Below, piece after piece: positions 39,321-52,227 of a stretch of 64,000 nucleotides of DNA. A program made the translations under genes and the position numbers. The notes under the pieces were generated by a model. That model was not told the DNA's origin. It worked only from the letters and a program-made list of their open reading frames with translations, and searched no databases. Numbering within the stretch: the first letter of the stretch is position 1; every line of letters begins with the position of its first letter. Origin of the DNA: Felis catus (lineage: Eukaryota); the NCBI RefSeq assembly GCF_018350175.1, contig NC_058368.1:131938001-132002000 (forward strand), read 5' to 3'.

Positions 39321-39797
39321 GGGGTGCTTGGGTCACTCCTTCGGTTAAGCATCTGAGTCTTGATTTCGGTCAGGTCATGATCTCACAGTTGTGAGACTGA
39401 GCCCCAAGTCGTGCTCTGTGCTGGGAGTGGAGTCTGCTCAAGATTTCTCTTTCCCTCCGCTCCTTCCCTGCTTGCACTCTCACTCTCTTTCAAAAAAAAT
39501 CAAGATTAAGTAGCCAGTAGACTATAAGTATACAGAACCGCTAGATATGAACTTCCATTTATTCATAGGCTACCCCTGTTAGAAATGTTTAATGGAGTGG
39601 GGGTGCCTGGGTGGCTCAGTTGAGCCTCTGACTCTTGCTTTCAGCTCAGGTCATGATCTCACCATTTGTGAGATTGAGCCCCACATCAAACTGCACCGAC
39701 AGCAGGGAGCCTATGTGGGATTCTCTCTCTCCCTTTCTCTCTGCTCCTCCCCCATACATGCTTGTCCTCTCAAAACAAATAAATAAACATTAAAAAA
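39321..39797 (+). mobile_element. Two SINECs (39321-39498, 39599-39797)
   Basis: TSDs aaaaatNaagattNagta and agaaatgtttaatgga. Confidence 0.93.
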
Positions 39798-40197
39798 AGA
39801 AATGTTTAATGGAAAATGCAGGCTGAAAATCAGCATTTTTGTATTTATATTCCAGAATGGAATACAGTTTGAAAATCTGGATTAATTTAATTGGATTATA
39901 ACTTGTTACCTTCACATTTCTCGAATCAGCTAGTAGAAAAACACAGCTACTAGAAAATATTGTGTATTACTTTATTTTGAGGATTATTTTAAGCCTAAAA
40001 TAACATGAAGCATTGAAATTAGGATGAACAACAGGGAAAGAAAAATAAAAACTTCGTCTAAATGGAGACTGAATTCCATTTAATCACTGTTCAGTGTTGA
40101 AGCATATGTCAGTGTTCGGTGTTCAAGGATACTTCAGGTGATGTCCCTGAATTATTCAACCACTTTGACTTATCTTTATGAAACTATAGGCTTATTT

Positions 40198-40217
40198 TGA
40201 CCACCAGATGGAGCCAG
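40198..40217 (+). promoter_or_regulatory. Candidate CTCF motif
   Basis: tgaCCACCAGATGGAGCcag is close to CCASYAGRKGGCRC; unique sequence; motif match only. Confidence 0.4.
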
Positions 40218-41454
40218 TATTGTTCAATTTGTAACACAAAAAATATGCTGAAAATAAAAAGTAGTTAAATAAAATGAACAAATCATAGATTTTTTTATTT
40301 TAGCTCACAGTGCAGAAAGAAATTAGACTTTTAGCTAGTCTTCCCCTAAATTCTGTCTAATCTTTGTAAATGTGCACCCTCCCTCTATTAAATAATTTCT
40401 TAATTCTGAATAATTTTCATTTGGGTAGTTTCATTGGAAGAGAGACCACTTTTCTTCTTATTCACTTTTCAAAGACATCATCTAAGTAACCTTTAATTAT
40501 CTTTAAAACATAATTAGTACAAATCTAACCTCTTGTCATTCAATAAGTACTATGGATTATAATTATGAAAAGTGATAATAAAAAATATACTATATGTAGG
40601 CCCTCACCTCAGTGTCACAGAATACCCCCATTACTGTCCTTTTCATAATGGATTTTCCTAATAAAACAAACCAAAAAATAGGCATTCTGGCTGGGGGCAG
40701 GATATACAGTTCATCTCCAGTAGCTCCTCAAGCAGATGGTAAAGCTTCAGTGAATGGGTACAACTCTTAACACAGAAAGCTCAGTGTTCAGGGACCTTAG
40801 TCAGAGGTAACTACCTTAAAGTTGACTTGTACTCCTCTTATGTCTGTTTAATACATGTGAGAAATTATTTATCTATAACTCAACTTAGTTCAGCAACTAT
40901 CTATTGAAAAAGTATTTGTATGCTAGGGGTCCTAACACACTACAAACCCCTCAGGGAGCCATTCCGTCATGCAAGAGCAATAAGGCAACTAGGGACACTG
41001 GGAACTTAAGACCTAAAGAGGATCAAATTGTTCATTTGTCCATTCAGCTACTATTTATTGAGTCCACGCTTTATGCAAGACATATGCTAGACTCCAAAAA
41101 GGGGACAATTCCTGCCATGTGTGTTTGTAGCCAAGGGGCAATACAGAAAAAGAAGCGGTTATGATATAGTGTTTAAATTGTTTGAAGGCTGAAATGAGGG
41201 GAAAATATGATTAATTAAGGATTATCAAGAAAAAGCCATAAAGGATTCTTCTTAGGTGGAAATTATTTACATAAACCCACTGTTTGGCAGACTGTACTTC
41301 CCATTTATTATGGTCTGAGAGGAATTTAGAACCTTTTTTTGGCAGGATTTTATTTCATCGGACACATCCAACTGGTGACCTGATGCCTTTTTGTGTCAAA
41401 TTGGAGTATTTTCTATGTTTTCTTGTACGTCAAACATGAAGAAGAAATAACCAA

Positions 41455-41675
41455 GCTGGTTAAGAACTTGTCATTTAGAGCCAGACTACATGGGTTTATA
41501 TTCTCATGTTTATAGTCCCTTACATAAGTTATTTAACCTCTTACTACCTTAGTTTCCTTATCAGCAAAATAAGGCTAACAGTATGCCTCCTTCATTGGGT
41601 CGGTTATTAGGATTAACCAAGTAATTCAGGTACTGGTATCTGGCACATAGCGAGTCCTTAAAATGTTAGCTATAT
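41455..41675 (+). mobile_element. MIR
   Basis: ggttaagaac...gagccagact...aagttatttaacctc...tggcacatag. Confidence 0.85.
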
Positions 41676-43309
41676 TCAAATCTGTTACATTTCCTAGAAT
41701 TAATTTAAGAATGGGTGTATATAAAATTTGATTAAAAAACATATTTTTTAGCTTCCAGGAACTATGATGAGATACAACTAGGTATCACCAGCATTGATAT
41801 ATTCTATATCCATTAAAGTCCACCCCTTTTTGTTTCCAAATGCTGTTTACTATTAGCAGTAATATATTACCTTTATTTGTATAAAAGTTTTCATTTATTA
41901 TGGGAATTTTTCAAAAATTTCCTTGAAGTACTAGATCCGGATATATTTAAAATAATTTATAAGCAGCCTTACTAACAGTTTCTGACACTTTCTGATCATT
42001 TGATAAGCTTTTTTTAAAATGAATGAATGTACAGCTAGTTGGAGCTGTTAGCTCCTTGAGCTCTAGTCCTGAGACAGGGGATGGAATGAGCTCTTTATCT
42101 ATCTATAAAATGAGATTTGTAGATGGATACCACTGGTTCTTCAGCTAAGTAACCGCAGTTGACTGACTAGTCACCATTCCTTTATATTCAGAACAAAAAG
42201 ATTTCACAAAAGAGATTCAAGTGGAGCAAGGATTAAGTTTCTGACTAGCCCTTAGGGGAAGGCTTAGAGGCATTCTTTATAACATGCAGGAACTGAAGTA
42301 CAGTACTTAACTTAGATCGTCACCTTCACTAAGAGTCAGAACACAAGTTTTAGCCCAGGCTCTGCTGCTGATCTCCCTGGGAGACTGGCTGCGTAACTTC
42401 ACTTACATTAACATTGGTTACCTCACCTATAAAGGGAGAAGTTAGATGAGAAGATCCTCAAAACAACTTCCAGCTCTGGTCCTCTGTAAACTGATGCTCC
42501 AGTACTAAACTGATGGTTACCATGATGTTGGACACTCTCCTCACCAAAACGTTTCATGTATATTACCTAGTTTTATCTCAGAGACAGCAAAGATATTTTA
42601 TTCTAACACTACAACATAGGTAAGCTTTAAGCCCTCTAAGGAATCAGCAATTTGATACTAAAAATCAGTAACTTGATTTCTTAACTATTTCACATATCTT
42701 ATGTGAATTTTTTATGTTTTATCTTACGTTCGTTTTACCTTTTCCATTACATTATAGAATGAAAAGCTTGTTATCATTTATGTTTTAAATATCTTTTATA
42801 GCATTTCTCAGAATGCCCACCATGTTAGAGACACTTAGGAAAATTTTGTTTTCCGGATTGAAGTTTTAATTGAACTCAGTAGGGCACAGCGTTGGCCTTT
42901 CGTATCATACCTGGGCTCAAATCCCAGCTTTACCATATTCTAATTCCTGTTTCCTCATATGGTTTATAGACACTTCCTAATCAAAGCATCTTAGCATGGT
43001 GCCTAACTATAGCCTTTAGTAAATGTTCTTTTTCCCCACGATTCTTTATTCCTATTTTTCAGCATGTTTTGTAGAAATTTCAGTTAATGACAAATAGTCA
43101 TCATACTATGTCATTATTATTTATGACTTATCATCCACTGTATATTGAGATTTATAAGAAAAGTAAAAGAACAGTCTGTACTTAGAGAAACTAAATTTTT
43201 CAAACTCCTCATGTATTTTATTAGCCAGTTTTATGTCACTAAAATCATCCAGTCACTTATTCAATTTTTGTTTATTCAGGGGGATTCAAGCACATGAGAA
43301 ATAAATGTG

Positions 43310-44575
43310 CTACTTCCTGTTCTGGCAACATGGACTGAGCACAGAACTTCCTTCTTCTTCAAATATATAGAAACACTGGATAAAATATGATCAAGCCCAA
43401 TTTAAATACTTAGCTAAGCTTGAAAGAGAGAGAGAGAAGATAAGAAAAAAAGAAAAGCCCTGGGTACTAGAAACAAAGGGGAGGTGTAACCAGAGCATTA
43501 AGTGGGCAAGCTGATACTGTAGTTGCTCAGGGGCATATTGGAACCAAATGTAGGCTCTACTAGCTAGAAAGTGGGGTTTTTATCTAAGACATGGACAGCA
43601 ATGTGGCCTTGGGTCAAGAGAAATGGGAACTAGAAAAACTGTCCACCTGGTCAGGAAGGCCACAATGAAGCTTATCATTTTTCAGAGCTACCTGTGGGAG
43701 GAGTCTCACAAAAAATCAAAACTCTAAACCTCTACCAGGCATGGCTACAAAGTTTGAGTACACACTAGCTATATGGTACAGGAATCCTAAGCCAAGAAAT
43801 TAATTTAAAAAAGAATGACTTCAGACCAATGGAACCCCTAAATTGCCTGGTAGAAACAAATGTGAAAGTTCTCTGTAGAAATTCTTACACAATCCTGCGG
43901 TGCCTAGGATTCCTATGGAGCATGATGGAGATGAAGCTCTAGCTCAAGATAAACTCACAATCAAAAATTAGAAAACACAGAGAGAAATGATAAGCCTAAG
44001 AAGAGAGAAAGAAGACATAACAGAAAGATACCCAAGAACAATCTGAAAGATACAATATAACAAGTGTATTTTAAATAATTAAAAGAGATTTTTAAATCAT
44101 GAAATATCATAATAAAAGACTAAGGCTATCACTGGGGCTCTTGGGTTACTTAGTCGGTTAAGTGTCTGACTCTGGATTTCGGCTCAGGTCATGATCTCAT
44201 GGTTCATGAAATCGAGCCCCACGTTGGGCTCCATGCTGACAGCACAAAACCTGCTTGGGATTCTCTCTCTCCTTCTCTCTCTCTGCCCCTCCTCTGCTCA
44301 CGTGCTCACTCTCTCTCTCTCTCTCAAAATACATAAATAAACCTAAAAAAAGAAAATACTAAGGCTATCAAAAGAGCAGGTGAATTTGAAGAACAAAATA
44401 GAATATCTAAAAAATACATATATAATTATTAAAATCAATGGCTCAGTTTATGTCTTAAAACTAAAAACTTAAAACAGTTTATGTCTTAGATACAACTAAA
44501 CAAAGAATTAGTGAACTGAAATATAAAACTAAGGAAATTATTCAGAGTATACCACTGGCAAATCAAAATGAAAAA
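43310..44575 (+). mobile_element. Old L1 5'/ORF1-like remnant containing a SINEC (44134-44355)
   Basis: acttcctgttctggcaacatgg start, A-rich ORF1-like tract; SINE TSD actaaggctatca. Confidence 0.65.
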
Positions 44576-44727
44576 TTAACGTTCTGTGATTATTCATAGT
44601 TGATCATATTATAAAGAGAAGTACTTTATAGTAATGTGATATAGTCAGTTAGGAAATATAAGAGTTGACCAGATTTTTCACACAGTTGGGTTTGTGCAGC
44701 AAATGTTACTGTGTTAGAAAATCTCTT

Positions 44728-46165
44728 ATCAGTTGCATTTCTATACACCAATAATGAAGCAACAGAAAGAGATATCAAGGAATAGATCCCATTTAAAATT
44801 GTACCAAGAATCATAAAATACCTAGGAATAAACCTAACCAAATAGGTAGAAAATCTGTACACTGAAAACTAGAGAAAGTTTATGAAAGAAATTAAAGAAG
44901 ACACAAACGAATGCAAGAACATTTCATGCTCAGGGAAGAGAAGAACAAATATTGTTAAAATGTTGATACTACCCAAAGCAATCTATACATCCAATGCAAT
45001 CCCAGTAAAAATAGTACCAGCATTCTTCACAGAGCTAGAACAAATGATCCTAAAATTTGTATGGAACCACAAAAGACCATGAATAGCCAAAGTAATATTG
45101 AAAATGAAAACCAAACCTGGAGGCATCACAATCCCAGACTTTAGCCTCTACTACAAAGCTGTAATCATCAAGACAGTATGGTATTGGCACAAAAAGAGAC
45201 ACATAGACCAATGGAATAGAATAGAGAAACCAGAAATGGACCTACAAATGTATGGCCAACTGATCTTTGACAAAGCAGGAAAAAGTATCCAATGGAAAAA
45301 AGACAGTCTCTTTATCAAATGGATAGGAAAACTGGACAGTGACATGCAGAAAAATGAAACTGGACCACTTTCTTACACCATACGCAAAAATAAATTCAAA
45401 ATAGATAAAGACCTAAATGTAACACAGAAACCATCAAAATCCTAGAAAACAGGCAACAACTTCTTTGATCTTGCCCACAGCATCTTCTTACATGTCTTCG
45501 AAGACAAGGGAAATAAAAGCAAAAATGAACTATTGGGACTTCATCAAGGTAAAAAGCTTCTGCACAGCTAAGGAAACAATCAACAAAACTAAAAGGCAAC
45601 CAACAGAATGGGAGAAATGTTTGCAAATGACATATCAGATAAAGGGTTAGTATCAAAAATCTACAAAGAACTTAACGAACTCAACACCTGGAAAACAAAT
45701 TATCCAGTGAAGAAATGGGCAGAAGATATGAGTAGACACTTTTCCAAAGACATCCAGATGACCAACAGACACATGAAAAGATGCTCAATAGTGTAATCAT
45801 AAGGGAAATACAAATCAAAACCACTTTGAGATGCCACCTCATACCAGTCAGAGTGGGTAAAATTAACAACTCAGGAAACAACCGATGTTGGTGAGGATGT
45901 GGAGAAAGGGGAACCCTCTTGCACTGTTGGTGGAAATGCAAACTGGTGGAGCCACTCTGGAAAACAGTATGGAAGTTCCTCAAAAAATTAAAAATAGAAT
46001 TACTCTACAACCCAGCAATAGCACTACTAGTAATTTATCCAAAGGACACAAGAGTACTGATTCATAGGGGCACATGTACCCCAATGTTTATAGCAGTGGT
46101 ATGAACAATAGCCAAATTATGGAAAAAATCCAAATGTCCATCAACGGATGAATGGATAAAGAAGA

Positions 46166-46244
<79 letters not shown>

Positions 46245-46340
46245 ATATATATATACATATATATACATATATATACATATATATACATATATATACATAT
46301 ATATATATATATACATACACACATACATACATATATATAT

Positions 46341-46371
<31 letters not shown>

Positions 46372-47099
46372 ATGGAATACCACTCGGTGGTAAAGAAAGA
46401 ATGAAATCTTGCTGTTTGCAACAACATGGATGGAACTGGAGTGTATTATCCTAAGTGAAATAAGTCAGTCAGAAAAAGACAGTTATCCTGTTATCACTCA
46501 CATGTGGAATTTGAGAAACTTAACAGAATACCATAGGAGAAGGGAAGGAAAAATAAGTTACAGAGAGGGAAGCAAACCATAAGAGACTGTTAAATTTGTT
46601 CTCTGTAAAACAAACTGAGAGCTGATGGGGGTGGAGGGTTGGGGAGGGACAGGGAAAATGGGTGATGAGCACTGAGCAAGGCACTTGTTGGGATGAGCAC
46701 TGGGTGTTGTATGTAAGTGATGAACCATGGGTATCTATTCCTGAAGCCAAGACTATACTGTATATACACTATGTTCGCTAACTTGACAATGAATTATTTA
46801 AAAAAATGGGGAGCCTGGGTGGCTCGGTCAGTTGGGCGTCTGACTTCGGCTCAGGTCATGATCTTGCTCGGTTTGTGAGTTCAAGTCCCGCATCAGGCTC
46901 TGTGCTGACAGCTCGGAGCCTGGAGCCTCCTTTAGATTCTGTGTCTCCTCTCTGCCCCTCCCATGCTCATGCTCTGTCTCTCTGTCTCTCAATAATAAAT
47001 AAATGTTAAAAAATAAAAAATAAAAATAAATAAGTAAAATAAAATAAATTATTTTTTAAAAAGATGTGAAATAAAAGTATGTTGATATAGTCAAAAAAA
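44728..47099 (+). mobile_element. 5'-truncated carnivore/felid L1 (broken ORF2 C-terminus plus 3' UTR) with SINEC at 46808-47045
   Basis: GGITIPDFSLYYKAVIIKTVWYWHKKRHIDQWNRIE and HCWWKCKLVEPLWKTVW are L1 ORF2 motifs; TSD aaaatctctt at 44718-44727 and 47100-47109. Confidence 0.96.
46166..46370. repeat. Compound (TG)/(TA)/(TATATACA)/(CA) microsatellite
   Basis: Directly visible; source of several spurious ORFs. Confidence 0.98.
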
Positions 47100-47956
47100 A
47101 AAATCTCTTGAACAAAATAGCTAATTGTTAATACACTGCATGTTAATAACATTCTTAAAACTCTATAACAAAAAAGCAAGCAGCAAACCAAAGATTTGAG
47201 TAGAAGGATTACTTGCATTCTTGATTACATCAGCTCCTCTTGGTTTACCAGCCAAAAATAATAAGAGATAGGTTGTTGAGTGTTTAAGTCACAAATTTTC
47301 ATTAATTTGTGTGCATGTAAGTTAATGTAAAAAAAATTTTTTTTTTTTTAGGCAAAACTCTGTTCTGTAAACCCAGATGTTAACTAATCTTCATAGGGAA
47401 TTATTGCAGGATCAAATCTATAAATTGGTTTTCTAATTTCTAACTTAGTAACAATTATTTTTATCTGCTTGTGATTACTGTCCTGAGTTATTTGCTAGAT
47501 ATATTAATTTTTTATGATGACATCAAATTGAACTTGTGTATTTGTTGTTGTTATTGTTGTTTTAACTGGGGAACAAAAGTGGTAGGTAATTGGAAAATCA
47601 ACCAATACTGGAAGATTATATAAGGCAGGAGAATAATGTAAAATGGCATTGCTGAATTTTAGGAAAATCTTAATTATTTTAAAAGTGAGATAGCTAATTT
47701 TATAGTCAAACAAGTGAGAACTACAATAGTACAATATATAATGAAGATGTTTATAAAATTGGTTGATAAATTAACACCAGTCACTTTCTAGTGTAGGTAA
47801 TAGTTGTGGAGCTGGTGGCATTTATTGGTGTGATTTTTAAATGGGTGAGAACCAATCCCAGGTTTTGACCTCATCTTCTGTAATAAGCATAAATGTTAAT
47901 ATGAAACCACCCAGCGTTTTTACTATTTATTCTAAGAACATTCTATTATTCTTCAG

Positions 47957-48066
47957 AAGAAGAAACTGCTCCTGACGGTGCTGTTGCAGAATACAGAAGA
48001 GAAAAGCAAAAGTATGAAGCTCTGAGGAAGCAACAGGCAAAGAAGGGAACTTCCCGGGAAGACCAG
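47957..48066 (+). CDS. CWC27: CWC27 internal coding exon (110 nt; probably equivalent to human exon 12)
   Basis: ttcttcag| acceptor, CAG|gtaatg donor, phase 1 to 0. Translates (E)EETAPDGAVAEYRREKQKYEALRKQQAKKGTSREDQ, which I recognise as the CWC27 C-terminal region. Exon number from memory. Confidence 0.96.
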
Positions 48067-48600
48067 GTAATGTCACAAACCAAAATCCATACGTAATTCA
48101 TTGCCTTTTAATTGTCTTTAAGTGCTGCTAATGGAGCCTAATTTGATTGTACATTGGGAAAGCACTACCTCTTAAAAATGAAAAAGGATATATTCGTATA
48201 GGGTGGGATGACAAGGACCTTGGCCATTCATGTTCTTTCCAGACATTACAGGAAAAAGCCTAAAACTTTCAGGTTTCAACCTTGTGCTCCCATATCAAGC
48301 ATAGGAATCTTGCAAAACCACATATTAAATGATGAAGAGATCTCTTCTAGCACAGTATCTTACACACTGACTAGCCAACTCTGCTTGAAGTTGTACACTG
48401 CCTGTAAATAAGGCAATATTGTAAATAATATTGCAGAACTCTGCTTATTGTAAGTAATTTCTGAATCTTTAAGAATAAGATTGTTAGAAATAAGAAAAAA
48501 CTATTTCAACAATTTGAAAATCAATTGTACACACCATATAACACTTAGCAGTCGAAATAAATCTCCAGCAACCCTTCATATTGAAAAGCTAGGGTGAAGG

Positions 48601-48744
48601 CAAAAACCATTTATTTTTGGTGCTGCCATATATACATATATGTGTGTGTGTGTGTATATGTACATATATATACATATACACATATACATATACATGTATA
48701 TATATATGGCTATATATGGCAGCACCAAAAATAAATGGTTTTTG
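48601..48744. repeat. Perfect 34-bp inverted repeat around a TA/CA microsatellite
   Basis: 48601-48634 is the exact reverse complement of 48711-48744. Confidence 0.97.
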
Positions 48745-49139
48745 GTGTATATATGTATATATATTTGAGAACAAGCTATTTTAGGTGTATAAATAAAATA
48801 GGCAAAATAAAAGTAAAATAAAAAGTCCAAGTGTATTTGAATAATTTGAATAACTTAATATAATCAGGGACTATATTATAAATTGCACCTAATTACTGGT
48901 AAAGAACGATCATACATCAGTACTTACCATGAAAATAACCATAGGGAAAGTTCAGTAAGAAATCAGGTATAGGAAATTATAATTATAGAGAACGAATTTG
49001 AGCAATTTTCAAAAGAAATGACACATCAAATGAAATTAAGAAAAAGTACATTATTAACTTGATTTCATGGAGTCCAAAGCCCTTTGAATAGCAACTACAG
49101 TCAATTTACTACCAGAGATACCCTAGGGATCATTTTTTC

Positions 49140-49765
49140 ATTCTTATTCGTTCTTCTTTTTTGCCTCCTAGCAAATAATTATTTAGAACCTGCCATGTAC
49201 TAATCACTGTATTTGGTGTTAAACAAGGTGGACACATCCCTGTCCTCTTGGAGCTGTTAGGGAAAAGAGCCAGTTAAACAAGTAATGCCAATAAAAGAAG
49301 GTGAGCATTCTGACAGGTTAAGTATAGAGAACTATGTAAATGTGTAACAGTAGGACTAAACATGGACTAAGAATCTAGGAAGGCCTCCCTGAGAAAATGA
49401 TTGGTCAGTTGAACTTTGAAAGTTGAATAGGAGACAGGTGGCCAGACAAAGGAAGAGTATATAAGAAATGTTGGATCTCTTTGCAAAGAACTATAAAAGA
49501 TGTTAAGTATGGACTATACCAAACTAAAAGAAAGATGATGCTGGAGAGGGAAGCAGAAACCAACTCATGCAAGGCACTTTTGAGCTATACTAAGAAATTT
49601 ATATTTACCCTAAGGGCAGAGGGGAGCCATTGAAAGAAGGAGATGACATAATCTCATTTGCACTTTGGGAAGATTCCTCCAGTCTGGCTGTGGTATAGAG
49701 ACTATACCGGACCCAGAGCAGGACTAGAGGTGTAGAGGCCAGTTGAAGAGACTCTTCTGTGTAGG
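49140..49765 (-). mobile_element. L2 fragment
   Basis: aggcctccctgagaaaatga, ggggagccattgaaag motifs. Confidence 0.75.
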
Positions 49766-52123
49766 CATGCATGCATGAAGTTTGCCAAGGCAGGACCTCT
49801 TCAAAACAGTTTCCTCCTACTAGGAAGACTCTCACTGTGTTGAAGAGCCATGCTGTAAGTAGTTAGCCATTCACTCCTTCAGAAGACCCACTCCCCTAGA
49901 GATGCTGAACAGAAATGCCCCTATGCAAATCCTATCTTCTTCACCATATGTTGTGCCCCATTATTTTTGTGACGTTTGCTTTACTGCCTAGTGTCTTCTG
50001 CCTTTAGAACACAGCTAGAAAAAGTTCAATCACAAATATAGGAGAAGCTAAGAAAGGCCAAGAGGATGTTTTGTTACAGTCCTCTTTCTTTGAGCAAATG
50101 CCAGTAGCACATTAATTGGCCCTAAAAACAGACTGCCTCGCCACTTTCAAAACTCAAGGAAAAAGATCTAGGTCTAGCATAATTTTCTAGGAAGCTTTTA
50201 AATTTCATTCCACTAAGAAGTCTCCTTTGTTTTCATTTTTCTTTATGTTTTTGGAAAAGACATTTCCAAGTGTACAAAGGTCCACCATTAAAAAAATTAA
50301 TGGGGTTTACTTTTAAGCTATAGATAGACACAGAAATACACTTTTAGAGATATATTTTATATAACATATATATAGATATATAAGCTCGTACACATACACA
50401 AAAATAAAAAACACCTAAAAAGCCTTGAAGGATATATACCAAAATGTCAAAAATTGTTATTCTTAGTCATGGAATAATAGATAATTTTGTTCTGCTTCTC
50501 CTTATTTTCTAATATTTCTAAATTAAACTTTTCCTTATTATAAAGCAAATATAAGAAAAGTTTGTAAGCAAAAGGGTTTTTTTTTTAACAAATAAGTTTT
50601 AAAAACAAGGGATGCCTTCTTTTTTTGTTAACACTGTTTGAAGAGCTTAATCTTTTAATTACTACTCTGAAAACAGACAAAATACCTAACCCCAATGCAC
50701 TAGGAGCCCTCTGAATGCCCGTGAGGATATTCTGTAGGAATTTAGTGTTTCCCCCAAAACTTGTCTCATTTCCAAGTGGACGCTATGGTAATGTGTATAT
50801 TTTCATCTGTTGTGCATGTGGGCATCAAAATTTCCAGAACTTATAAAGTATATAAGGCACTTTCACTATCATTTCTAGCAGTAACTGCCTTTGTTTCTTG
50901 TACCATCTGTCTTTATTGAGCTTCAGTTCTAGATCACCAAAACCTTCTTAATTTTTCCATGAACTGTGGTCTCAGTGGTATTTCTTAGATAAATTACAGA
51001 GCCTAGCAATTTATTGTGATGCCGTATTGTACTTGTTATTCACATACTGAACTATCATACCTTTGTTTCCTTGTGAAATGTGAGTATTTTAATACTGAAT
51101 TCAATGTGCTAGTCTCTTAATTAGTCATTTGATTTTTTTGGACAGGTAGTACTTCACCCCATTTCACAAGTATTTACTTTTTTAAACTGTAGAATAAAAA
51201 TATTTTTTCCAGCTTTTGTTCTCTACTCATATTCTGGAGGTAAGCTGAGCATTAATTACAAAACTATAGACACTTGTTGTTTGTTACCCGCAAAGGACAT
51301 GGGAGACAAACAAGAACCACAGAAATCGTGCCCTTTTCTTAAAAATCTACTGAACATGGTATTTACGTCCCACTTCTTTAACAACAGAATGTAATGCTCT
51401 TGTATATAATTTTTAACAATGTAATACTATATTCATTACTTTTTACAAAATATATCTAGTTCATTACTGATAGATATTAACATGTTTTCATTTTTCCATT
51501 TGTAGGAATATGGCTGCAGTGTACATCTTTTCCATAAGCCATTTTCTGTTTCATACTATTTTTCTTCATGTATTCCCAGGATTGAAGTGATTGAGTTAAA
51601 GGGAATGATCACCTTAAAGTTCTGACAAATTTAAATAGCTTTTTAAAATATCACTCCAATTTACCCATCTTCCACCAGTTAATGTGTTTATTCATTTTAC
51701 CTTCCTTGCCATTGATATTTTTACATTTTTGGAAATTTGTTCAATGACAAATACTATTTGTTATTGGTGTTTTATTTTGTGATTTCTCATATTTTAGTGA
51801 AGTAGCTCCTTGTCTTGTGGACCTTAAAAATTAGTCATTAACAAGCATGCGTTTTAAAGTTTAAGTGTCTTCTATATAAGCAAACTTATGTTCCCCAAAT
51901 CAGAAACTGTCACACATGCCTGAGGGAAAATGTCAGTGCAAATGTAAACAGGGCATTGTCGAGGTTTATAGAACAATCACTGCTTGAGTTTTGTTATTTT
52001 CCTTCAAAATTAAAAATTCATCTAAGTCTTAGTGTTTCAAATTTTTTCTACCAAATTTCAGTGTCTCTTCTAAAATTATATTTATCCTTATCAGAAAACT
52101 TAGCCATGTAATCATTATTTCAG

Positions 52124-52227
52124 ACCCTGGCGCTGCTGAACCAGTTTAAATCTAAACTCACTCAAGCAATTGCTGAAACTCCTGAAAATGACATTTCTGA
52201 AGCAGAAGTAGAAGATGATGAAGGATG
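52124..52227 (+). CDS. CWC27: CWC27 internal coding exon (104 nt; probably equivalent to human exon 13)
   Basis: attatttcag| acceptor, TG|gtaagg donor. TLALLNQFKSKLTQAIAETPENDISEAEVEDDEG(W) continues in frame from the previous exon. Confidence 0.96.

Noticed and set aside
39900..42650. Several tiny AG...GT segments on the - strand that could be more gene A exons
   Set aside because: Too short and without recognisable motifs to separate from chance.
44882..46104. ORFs resembling retrotransposon protein
   Set aside because: Broken fragments of L1 ORF2 in a 5'-truncated copy; not a host gene or an active element.
46062..46454. Cys/Val/Tyr/Ile/His/Thr-rich ORFs
   Set aside because: Translations of dinucleotide microsatellites.
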